64,000 nt of DNA from positions 12,839 through 76,838 of the forward strand of contig DJVT01000009.1 of the NCBI GenBank assembly GCA_002441305.1, in the 5' to 3' direction. Within the stretch, counting starts at the first letter, position 1, and the number at the start of each line of letters is the position of its first letter. The notes under the pieces were generated by a model, which was given only the letters and a program-made list of their open reading frames with translations, was not told the origin of the DNA and made no database searches. Below are positions 45,565-53,082 of the stretch, in pieces. The stretch comes from Candidatus Omnitrophica bacterium UBA6249 (GTDB lineage Bacteria; Omnitrophota; Gorgyraeia; Gygaellales; Profunditerraquicolaceae). The position numbers and the translations under genes are program-made.

Positions 45565-46406
45565 GAAAAAACATACTTGTTTTAGGAAAAGGTTTTATCG
45601 GAGAAAGGATAGGCAGGGAGCTTGGCTGCCGGGTCTCCGGCGCAGTGATAAATTCTTTTAGCGATGCGGATAGGCTGCTCGGCCGCTACAGGCCTGAGAT
45701 AGTGATTAACTGCATCGGCTCCAGCGGAAGGCGCAATGTCGATGACTGCGAGGAGGATAAAGAGGCGACTTTGCTTGCCAACAGCTTTATTCCGTTGATG
45801 CTTGCCGAGGCCTGCCTGCGCCGGGGGATCAAGCTCGTGCATATCAGTACCGGCTGCATCTTCAATTTCGATTACAGAAAAGATAAGCCTATCAAAGAAG
45901 GGGAAAGGAATTATTTTCTCAAGCTGTTCTACAGCCGCAGCAAGATTTATTCCGAGGCCGCTCTCGAGGCCCTTTCTGCAAAAGCGGGCATACTTATCCT
46001 CAGGATCAGGATACCCTTGCTCGATGAAAGCCACCCCAGGAATATTCTGGACAAGCTTGTTAAATACGAAAAGATTGTCGATGTCCCAAACTCGGTGACC
46101 TATCTGCCTGATTTTATCAGGGCGTTAAAACATTTGATTGGGGTTGGCGCAGTAGGGGTGTATAATGTAGTGAATAAAGGCGGCCTGCGTTATTCCGAGC
46201 TGATGAAGGTTTACCGGAAGTATCTGCCCGGGCCGGATTTTAAGTTTGTCTCTGTGCGCAAACTTCCTTTAACCAGGACAAACCTGCTTTTGTCTGTCGC
46301 CAAGCTTGAGAGAACGGGTTTTAAGGTCAGAGATATCCATTCCGTTCTTGACGAATGCCTCAAGCATTATGTAGACAGTTTACGTAACCCTGTTAAACAT
46401 AAGTAA
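45561..46406 (+). CDS. RmlD-like NAD(P)-dependent sugar-nucleotide reductase (divergent dTDP-4-dehydrorhamnose reductase-like)
   Basis: Rossmann LVLGKGFIG and YxxxK as YSRSK. GTG 45561 overlaps the rfbA stop (GTGA). The listed ORF start 45447 overlaps rfbA. The last 11 codons run through repeat arm C. Confidence 0.5.
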   Translation: MRKNILVLGKGFIGERIGRELGCRVSGAVINSFSDADRLLGRYRPEIVINCIGSSGRRNVDDCEEDKEATLLANSFIPLMLAEACLRRGIKLVHISTGCIFNFDYRKDKPIKEGERNYFLKLFYSRSKIYSEAALEALSAKAGILILRIRIPLLDESHPRNILDKLVKYEKIVDVPNSVTYLPDFIRALKHLIGVGAVGVYNVVNKGGLRYSELMKVYRKYLPGPDFKFVSVRKLPLTRTNLLLSVAKLERTGFKVRDIHSVLDECLKHYVDSLRNPVKHK

Positions 46407-47483
46407 TTACAAAAGAAATATTATGGGGAAGAAAAGACACAGCAGCGTTTTAGTTACCGGCGGGGCCGGATTTATCGGCAGCGCCTTTGTCCGGCTTCTG
46501 GCGGAGCAGGGAGTTCCCGTTGCCGTCTTGGACAAGCTTACTTATTCGGGGGATCTGAAGCGCCTTGAAGGTACAGGCGGCAGGTTCAGGTTTTACAAAA
46601 CCGATATCTGTAATAAGAGGGCAGCAGGTGCGGTCTTTGCCAGCGAAAGGCCAGACACAGTGGTGCATTTTGCCGCAGAGAGCCATGTTGACCGCAGTAT
46701 CAAGGACGCTGCGCCATTTATCGAGACCAATATCAAGGGCACTCAGGTGCTTCTCGATGTAAGCCGTAAATACAGCGTAAACAGGTTTGTGTTTATTTCC
46801 AGCGATGAGGTCTATGGAGAGATTGCCGACGGTAAGTTTAAAGAGGACTTTCCCCTTAAACCGAACAGCCCTTATGCCGCATCCAAGGCTGCGGCGGATC
46901 TCCTGGTGCAGGCTTATATCAGGACGAATAAATTTCCCGCGATAATCGTAAGGCCGTCAAATACCTATGGCCCATGGCAATACCCGGAAAAGCTGATCCC
47001 GCTTGCCATACTCAGGATACTCGGGAAGGAAAAAGTTCCGGTTTACGGGAAAGGCAAGAATATACGCGAATGGCTGTATATCGACGATTGCGTGCGCGGT
47101 ATCGCGGAAATTATGGACAAAGGCAGGCTCGGGCAGATCTATAATCTGGGCGGTTCATGCGAAAGCAGGAATATAGATACGGTCAAACTTCTCTTGAGGC
47201 TGCTCGGGGAAAAGGCGGACAGGTTCAAATTTGTGAAAGACCGGCCGGGCCATGATATAAGATACAGCTTAAACTCCGGGAAGGCGGCGAAAGAACTCGG
47301 CTGGAGGCCTAAGGTAAAACTTGCCGAAGGGCTTAAATCGACCGTAGCCTGGTCGCTCGGCCACAGGGATTGGCTGAAGAGTAAGCTGGCGGACGTAAAC
47401 AAACTGTACGGTAAATAGTGCTGCGATAGGGAATGTTTCTTTTGTAACTTTATAATATCAAGCTGGTTACATAAACTGTCTAC
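46371..47483. repeat. Repeat unit C: rfbB bracketed by the two-box inverted arms
   Basis: L outer GTAGACAGTTTACGTAAC at 46371..46388; L inner TTACAAAAGAAATATT at 46407..46422, abutting ATG 46423. R inner GGAATGTTTCTTTTGTAAC at 47430..47448; R outer GTTACATAAACTGTCTAC at 47466..47483. Confidence 0.75.
46423..47418 (+). CDS. rfbB: dTDP-glucose 4,6-dehydratase
   Basis: TGGAGFIGS, HFAAESHVDRS, SSDEVYG and YAASKAAAD. Confidence 0.9.
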   Translation: MGKKRHSSVLVTGGAGFIGSAFVRLLAEQGVPVAVLDKLTYSGDLKRLEGTGGRFRFYKTDICNKRAAGAVFASERPDTVVHFAAESHVDRSIKDAAPFIETNIKGTQVLLDVSRKYSVNRFVFISSDEVYGEIADGKFKEDFPLKPNSPYAASKAAADLLVQAYIRTNKFPAIIVRPSNTYGPWQYPEKLIPLAILRILGKEKVPVYGKGKNIREWLYIDDCVRGIAEIMDKGRLGQIYNLGGSCESRNIDTVKLLLRLLGEKADRFKFVKDRPGHDIRYSLNSGKAAKELGWRPKVKLAEGLKSTVAWSLGHRDWLKSKLADVNKLYGK

Positions 47484-47487
47484 AAAA

Positions 47488-48552
47488 ATGGCAACGGTTA
47501 TTGTTACAGGTTCATGCGGGTTAATCGGTTCTGAGACGGTAAGCTTCTTTGCCGACAAGGGCTTCGATATCGTCGGTATCGATAACAATATGCGCAGGAA
47601 TTTCTTCGGCTCCGACGGTTCGGTGCTCTGGAACCGGAAACGCCTGCAGAAGCTGCATAAGAATTACCGCCATTATTCCGTGGATATCCGGGATTCCGGT
47701 AAAATAAATTCTTTGTTCAAGAAATACTCCAAAGACATAGCCCTGATCGTGCATGCGGCTGCCCAGCCTTCGCATGACTGGGCGGCAAGGGATCCTGAGG
47801 TTGACTTCGGGGTGAATGCCCAGGGGACGCTGGTCATGCTTGAGGCCGCGCGTAAGTTTTCTCCGTGGGCAGTATTTATCTTTACTTCTACGAACAAGGT
47901 CTACGGCGATACGCCGAACCGCCTGCCGCTGGTTGAGAAAGAGAAGCGTTTTGAGATTGCCGACAGCCATCAGTATTCCAAAGGCATAGATGAATCCATG
48001 AGCATAGATAACTGCCTGCATTCCGTGTTTGGCGCTTCCAAGGTTGCCGCCGATATCATGGTGCAGGAGTACGGCAAATATTTCCATCTGCGCACAGGCG
48101 TATTCCGCGGGGGCTGCCTTACCGGCCCGGCGCACTCCGGGGCGGAGCTGCACGGTTTTCTGTCCTACCTGGTGAAATGCTGCGTGACCGGACGCAAATA
48201 CAAAATCTACGGTTACAAAGGAAAGCAGGTCAGGGACAATATCCATTCTTACGACCTGGTGAATGCCTTTTACCATTATTTCCAGAATCCACGCTGCGGA
48301 GAGGTTTACAATATGGGCGGCGGCAGGTTTGCCAATGTTTCCATCCTTGAGGCCATCGAGTTGTGCGAGAAATTAAGCGGCAGCAGGCTGTCTTATGACT
48401 ATGTAGACACCAACCGTATCGGAGACCATATCTGGTGGGTAAGCGACGTCTCCAAATTCAAGTCGCACTATCCTTCCTGGCAGTATGCCTTCAATATTGA
48501 ATCCACTCTTTCCCAAATCATAGACAGTGTACGTAACTCCATAAAATACTAA
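47488..48552 (+). CDS. NAD-dependent epimerase/dehydratase (CDP-paratose 2-epimerase-like)
   Basis: Rossmann TGSCGLIGS and [12 protein letters not shown]. The expected YxxxK reads FGASK. The last 10 codons run through repeat arm D. Confidence 0.65.
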   Translation: MATVIVTGSCGLIGSETVSFFADKGFDIVGIDNNMRRNFFGSDGSVLWNRKRLQKLHKNYRHYSVDIRDSGKINSLFKKYSKDIALIVHAAAQPSHDWAARDPEVDFGVNAQGTLVMLEAARKFSPWAVFIFTSTNKVYGDTPNRLPLVEKEKRFEIADSHQYSKGIDESMSIDNCLHSVFGASKVAADIMVQEYGKYFHLRTGVFRGGCLTGPAHSGAELHGFLSYLVKCCVTGRKYKIYGYKGKQVRDNIHSYDLVNAFYHYFQNPRCGEVYNMGGGRFANVSILEAIELCEKLSGSRLSYDYVDTNRIGDHIWWVSDVSKFKSHYPSWQYAFNIESTLSQIIDSVRNSIKY

Positions 48553-49204
48553 TAGTTACAAAACAATTATTCCATGATGCTGCGTTAGATTATTCCTCTT
48601 TCTGCGTCTATTGACGTTAGAAAGGAGAGAATATGAGTAAAAGAATAGCTTCTGTGGAGGTTGTGGCGGGTAAGATTATATTACTAAGAGGGAAAAGGGT
48701 AATGTTGGATTCTGACTTAGCGGAGCTATATGGGGTAAAAACATTTAACTTTAACAAAGCCGTTAAACGCAATATAAGGCGTTTCCCGGAAGATTTTATG
48801 TTTCAACTTACCACGGAGGAATATAGGAACTTGATATTCCAAAATGGAAGGTCAAGATGGGGCGGCAGGCGATATGCTCCTTATGTTTTTACTGAGCAAG
48901 GCGTAGCCATGTTATCCAGCGTGCTCAAATCGAAGCGGGCTATTGAAGTTAACATAGCAATAATGCGTGCTTTCGTGAAGTTACGGGAGTTATTATTGAC
49001 ACATAAAGAATTAGCAAAAAAGATTGAGGAGTTAGAGCGTAAGTACCAACTGCATGAAACGGACATTCAGACAATATTTGAGGTAATTAAAAAACTTCTT
49101 GAGCCTCCGCAGAAACCTCCTAAACCGCGATTCGATATAAATTAATGATACGAATAGATTTTTTATAATTTCATAGGAATGATAAGGTTACGTAAACTGT
49201 CTAC
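48520..49204. repeat. Repeat unit D: ORF6N-domain gene bracketed by the two-box inverted arms
   Basis: L outer ATAGACAGTGTACGTAAC at 48520..48537; L inner GTTACAAAACAATTATTCC at 48555..48573. R inner (degenerate) GAATAGATTTTTTATAAT at 49152..49169; R outer GTTACGTAAACTGTCTAC at 49187..49204. Confidence 0.75.
48633..49145 (+). CDS. ORF6N-domain (KilA-N-related DNA-binding) protein
   Basis: [18 protein letters not shown]...[21 protein letters not shown]...[18 protein letters not shown] is the typical ORF6N pattern. C-terminal coiled coil. Confidence 0.7.
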   Translation: MSKRIASVEVVAGKIILLRGKRVMLDSDLAELYGVKTFNFNKAVKRNIRRFPEDFMFQLTTEEYRNLIFQNGRSRWGGRRYAPYVFTEQGVAMLSSVLKSKRAIEVNIAIMRAFVKLRELLLTHKELAKKIEELERKYQLHETDIQTIFEVIKKLLEPPQKPPKPRFDIN

Positions 49205-49211
49205 ATAAATA

Positions 49212-49240
49212 TTGACAGGGAGAGGGGATGAAAGTAAGAT
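49212..49240 (+). promoter_or_regulatory. Possible sigma70-like promoter for the 49272 gene
   Basis: TTGACA (49212..49217), 17-nt spacer, TAAGAT (49235..49240), just after the R outer box of unit D. Confidence 0.35.
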
Positions 49241-49271
49241 AAATAAATAAACTTTAGCTAAGGGCAGATAG

Positions 49272-50315
49272 ATGAGATATAGAAACATACTGATTACCGG
49301 AGGGGCCGGGTTCGCGGGGAGCAACCTGGCTGTGTATTTTAAAGAGAGGTATCCTAAAACAGAAGTCTTTTCCCTGGATAACCTTGTCCGAAGGGGCAGT
49401 GAATTCAACCTTCCCAGGCTAAAGAAGGCCGGGGTTAAGTTTATCCGGGGAGACGTCAGGCGGCCAAAAGACCTTGATTTTATACCCGGTATCGACCTGG
49501 TGATAGAATGCTCTGCCGAGCCCTCGGTTTTGGCAGGATATGAAAAGCCCGCTTATATTATCGATACCAACTTGAACGGTACGGTAAACTGCCTTGAGTT
49601 TTGCCGCAGACGCAAAGCGGATATTATCTTTATCTCCACCAGCAGGGTATACCCTTACGACAGGATAAACGCGATCGGGCGCAGAGAGAAGGCAACCCGG
49701 TTTGAATGGAAGGATTTTTCCGGAGTTGGAACGGGTTTTCCGCTCACCGGCCTGCGCACATTGTATGGGGCGACCAAGCTTTCCTCGGAACTTATCCTCC
49801 AGGAGTATGCGGCGGCATACGGGTTTAAATCGGTAGTCAACCGTTGCGGGGTGCTGGCCGGGCCGTGGCAGTTCGGCAAAGTTGATCAGGGGGTATTTAC
49901 ATACTGGATGCTGGCGCACTATTTCAAAAGGCCGCTTAAATATATCGGCTTTGGCGGCGAGGGCAAGCAGGTGCGCGACCTCCTGCACGTAGATGACCTG
50001 TGCAGCCTGGTGGATATGCAGGCGGGTATCCTGGATAAAATAAACGGCAATACGTATAATGTCGGCGGGGCGGGCGAGGTGAACCTTTCTCTCCTTGAGG
50101 CCACCGGATTATGCCGCAAGATCACCGGCAACAAGATCAAAATCGGCAGCGATAAACGCAACCGCCCGGGAGATATCGCAATCTACATTACGGATAATCG
50201 TGAAGTTACCCGGCAGCTAAAGTGGAAGCCTCGCAAGCAGCCTGTTGCGATCCTGAAAGATATCTTCGGCTGGATCAGGAGGCATGAGCCGATGCTGAAG
50301 AAGCTGATAATGTAG
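49272..50315 (+). CDS. NAD-dependent epimerase/dehydratase (CDP-paratose/tyvelose 2-epimerase-like)
   Basis: ITGGAGFAGSNL, YGATK and SLDNLVRRGS blocks. The TAG stop is the TAG of the repeat head GTAG. Confidence 0.65.
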   Translation: MRYRNILITGGAGFAGSNLAVYFKERYPKTEVFSLDNLVRRGSEFNLPRLKKAGVKFIRGDVRRPKDLDFIPGIDLVIECSAEPSVLAGYEKPAYIIDTNLNGTVNCLEFCRRRKADIIFISTSRVYPYDRINAIGRREKATRFEWKDFSGVGTGFPLTGLRTLYGATKLSSELILQEYAAAYGFKSVVNRCGVLAGPWQFGKVDQGVFTYWMLAHYFKRPLKYIGFGGEGKQVRDLLHVDDLCSLVDMQAGILDKINGNTYNVGGAGEVNLSLLEATGLCRKITGNKIKIGSDKRNRPGDIAIYITDNREVTRQLKWKPRKQPVAILKDIFGWIRRHEPMLKKLIM

Positions 50316-50638
50316 ACAGTTTATGTAACTCTATGATAATATAGCAGTTACAAGATAAATATTACCGGTTTAAACACAGCAGGAGGCTATCGGGGAGGGC
50401 GCATGAGCGACGAAGGCGGGTTCCTGGTGAAGTTTGACAACAAAAAATCGCTTCGTTGTTACAAGATTGAATTCGATTACGATGAATACCGGTATGTGAT
50501 TAACGGCAAGGAAAAACACAAGCTTCCCCCGCGTGTAAAAGAGATCAATATCAAGGTCGAAGGTTAGCTGCCGGCGTATCAGGAGGAGTAATTCTTTTGT
50601 AACCTATGAGGCCTTAGATAGTTACGTAAACTGTCTAC
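50312..50638. repeat. Repeat unit E: 54-codon ORF bracketed by the two-box inverted arms
   Basis: L outer GTAGACAGTTTATGTAAC at 50312..50329; L inner GTTACAAGATAAATATTACC at 50347..50366. R inner GGAGTAATTCTTTTGTAAC at 50585..50603; R outer GTTACGTAAACTGTCTAC at 50621..50638. Confidence 0.75.
50403..50567 (+). CDS. Small hypothetical protein (54 aa) inside repeat unit E
   Basis: Translated by hand: MSDEGGFLVKFDNKKSLRCYKIEFDYDEYRYVINGKEKHKLPPRVKEINIKVEG. AGGAGG/GGGAGGG lie upstream. It is not in the ORF track and I recognise no homology. Confidence 0.3.
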   Translation: MSDEGGFLVKFDNKKSLRCYKIEFDYDEYRYVINGKEKHKLPPRVKEINIKVEG

Positions 50639-50653
50639 AGCATACACAAAGAT

Positions 50654-52291
50654 ATGAAGATTGCGATTTTACAACTTAACTTTACCGTCGGCGACATTAC
50701 CGGCAACGCTGAGAAGATTATTTCAGCCGTGAAGGATGCGGCTTCCTCTGGCGTAGACTTGTTTATCACCTCCGAGCTTGCCCTGACAGGCTATCCGCCG
50801 AGAGACCTGCTTTTAAATAAGTCTTTTATCGAAAAGACCTGGCAGGCGGCTTCAGTCCTGGCCAAGAGTCTGTCAGGTTATCCGCCGCTTCTTCTTGGCG
50901 TGCCCGAGGCGAATACTTCAGGAGGAGGCAAGCCTCTCTATAATTCCGCAGCACTCTTAAAAGACGGAGCGGTATCCCGGGTCTTCAGGAAAACCCTTTT
51001 GCCCACTTACGACGTATTCGACGAATACCGCTATTTTGAGCCGGCCGAACCTTCAGCCGCCCTTGAATTAAGCGGGCTCAAGATCGGCGTTACTATTTGC
51101 GAAGACATTTGGAACGACAGGGATTGTTCGCCCCTGCATCTTTATAAGCTCGACCCGCTCGAAAAACTTTTCTCTTCCGGCATAGACTGTATCGTCAACA
51201 TATCTGCTTCTCCGTTTTTCCTGGGCAAACAGAAGATCAGGGAGGAGATGCTGGGTAAAATCGCCGCCAAATACAAGATTCCCCTGGTTTACGTAAACCA
51301 GTGCGGAGGCAACGATGATTTGGTGTTTGACGGCAGGAGCTGCGTTTTTTCCGCCGATGGCAAATTGGCCAGCCGGGCAAAGCCGTTTAGCGAAGATACC
51401 CTTATCGTAGATGTGCCGGGCTCATCCGGGCGCAGAGAGCCGTATATTGAACTTCCGGAGGAGGAAATCTGGGAGGCGCTGGTTTCCGGGACAAGGGATT
51501 ATGCCGCAAAGTGCGGTTTTAAGAAAGTCCTGCTGGGCCTTTCCGGGGGCATAGACTCCGCGCTTACCGCCGCAATCGCCGCGGAGGCGTTAGGCAAAGA
51601 GAATGTATTTGGCGTCCTTCTTCCTTCTCCTTATTCCAGTAAAGGGAGTATCGATGATGCGCTCGCCCTGGCCAGGGGGTTGGGGATTAAGGAACTCAAG
51701 GTCCCGATTAAAGGCGTGATGTCCGCTTTTGCCAAAGCCTTGCGCCCTGCCTTCAGAGGCTGCAGGAAGGATACCACCGAGGAGAATATCCAGTCCCGCA
51801 TAAGAGGCAACATACTTATGGCGCTCTCCAACAAGTACGGAGCGCTCCTTTTGACTACCGGCAATAAATCCGAGCTTGCCGTCGGCTACTGCACTATTTA
51901 CGGGGATATGTCCGGCGGCCTTGCGGTCATCGCCGACGTGAGTAAAACTATGGTCTACCGTATCGCCAATTGGCTGAACCAAAAAAAAGGCGGCATCATA
52001 CCGCAGAATTCCATCGACAAGCCGCCGTCTGCCGAACTGCGCCCCAACCAGACAGACCAGGACAGCCTTCCGCCGTATGAAATCCTTGATAAGATCCTTT
52101 ATAACTACATAGAGCTGCATAAAAGCGCCGAGGAAATAACAGAAATGGGCTTTGACAAAGAAACTGTGGTAAAGGTTTTATCTCTGGTCAAGAAAGCCGA
52201 ATTCAAACGCAAGCAGGCCGCACCCGGCATCAAGATTACCGATTGCGCCTTTGGCACAGGTTGGCGCATGCCTATTGCGGCAAAGAAGTAA
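50654..52291 (+). CDS. nadE: Glutamine-dependent NAD+ synthetase
   Basis: N-terminal CN-hydrolase domain (GVTICEDIW) plus a C-terminal NAD synthetase with the PP-loop SGGIDS. Confidence 0.9.
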   Translation: MKIAILQLNFTVGDITGNAEKIISAVKDAASSGVDLFITSELALTGYPPRDLLLNKSFIEKTWQAASVLAKSLSGYPPLLLGVPEANTSGGGKPLYNSAALLKDGAVSRVFRKTLLPTYDVFDEYRYFEPAEPSAALELSGLKIGVTICEDIWNDRDCSPLHLYKLDPLEKLFSSGIDCIVNISASPFFLGKQKIREEMLGKIAAKYKIPLVYVNQCGGNDDLVFDGRSCVFSADGKLASRAKPFSEDTLIVDVPGSSGRREPYIELPEEEIWEALVSGTRDYAAKCGFKKVLLGLSGGIDSALTAAIAAEALGKENVFGVLLPSPYSSKGSIDDALALARGLGIKELKVPIKGVMSAFAKALRPAFRGCRKDTTEENIQSRIRGNILMALSNKYGALLLTTGNKSELAVGYCTIYGDMSGGLAVIADVSKTMVYRIANWLNQKKGGIIPQNSIDKPPSAELRPNQTDQDSLPPYEILDKILYNYIELHKSAEEITEMGFDKETVVKVLSLVKKAEFKRKQAAPGIKITDCAFGTGWRMPIAAKK

Positions 52292-52292
52292 A

Positions 52293-53051
52293 ATGAGTCT
52301 ATCTAAGCCAAAAGATACCTTCCGCAGGCGTTTCATCGCCGCAAAGTCCGATTCCCTCGTCATAGAAACTATCCAGACATTTTCCAAAACCAAACGCCAG
52401 AGATTACGCATTGTTACGGTTAAAGGCACCTGGCATGCCAACGAGCATAACGAACTCGTCTTTCAAGCCAAGGCGCGCCGCGGCTCGGCAAAGAAACCCG
52501 ATAAGTACACCTTTAAAGGTACCTGGAGGATCAACAAGAACCAGCAGATAGAATATAATTGCGGAGAGGGCCCGGATGTTTTGACCTTCAAAGGCCACTG
52601 GAATATATCCTCCACAAACAAGCTTGTTTATATTCTTGAAGGCAGTTCAACCTCGCGTTTTGAATTCAAGGTTCAGCTTGAATCCCCTTCGCTTTATCCC
52701 AAAAAAGGCCAGATCCGTTACCGTATCGGAATCGGCACGCGCAAGAGCCGCTTAAGCGGAGGCCAGTTGATTATTCTCTATGGCCAGTGGAAGCTCGGCC
52801 GCAACTTAACCCTTTCATTTCAAATGGATTACGGGCAGGGCAGGGTAAAGGCTATAGAGTTCGGAGCCTCGGTTAGTTTTGGGCACAACAAGGTTATTTT
52901 TAGCCTGGAAAACGAGTTCGGCAAACCTTTGGGGATAACCCTTACTATGACGCACAGATTCCTTGAGCATTTTGATGTGGAGGCGTTTATCAGACTTAAA
53001 TCCCGCCGGAGCGAGCAGGCAATAGAAGGCGGAGTAAAAATACCATTCTAA
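52293..53051 (+). CDS. Hypothetical beta-rich repeat protein
   Basis: Four copies of a (F/V/L)(K/Y)G(T/H/Q)W..N/G...L.(F/Y) strand motif. Basic, with no signal peptide; ends ...GGVKIPF. ATG 52293 is preferred over 52251, which overlaps nadE. Confidence 0.4.
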   Translation: MSLSKPKDTFRRRFIAAKSDSLVIETIQTFSKTKRQRLRIVTVKGTWHANEHNELVFQAKARRGSAKKPDKYTFKGTWRINKNQQIEYNCGEGPDVLTFKGHWNISSTNKLVYILEGSSTSRFEFKVQLESPSLYPKKGQIRYRIGIGTRKSRLSGGQLIILYGQWKLGRNLTLSFQMDYGQGRVKAIEFGASVSFGHNKVIFSLENEFGKPLGITLTMTHRFLEHFDVEAFIRLKSRRSEQAIEGGVKIPF

Positions 53052-53082
53052 CCAGAAATTTCTTTATTTTCCTTCGTATAGT

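Noticed and set aside
47430-47483. Right arm acting as a sigma70 promoter (TTGTAA in the inner box as the -35).
   Set aside because: No -10-like hexamer lies at a 16-18-nt spacing from TTGTAA in the copies examined (in unit C, TATAAT is only 3 nt away and TACATA is 20 nt away). A promoter role is not excluded, but the sequence does not support it.
37938-50638. Regularly recurring repeats that could suggest a CRISPR array.
   Set aside because: The repeats alternate in inverted orientation and are spaced 0.1-1.2 kb apart. They have a two-box structure and enclose or abut full-length genes. No cas genes are present.
43507-50638. Integron-like gene cassettes (attC-bounded ORFs).
   Set aside because: No integron integrase or attI is in the window. 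Each unit has symmetric inverted arms at both ends rather than one attC per cassette. The associated enzyme is a Y1/HUH RAYT, not a tyrosine recombinase.
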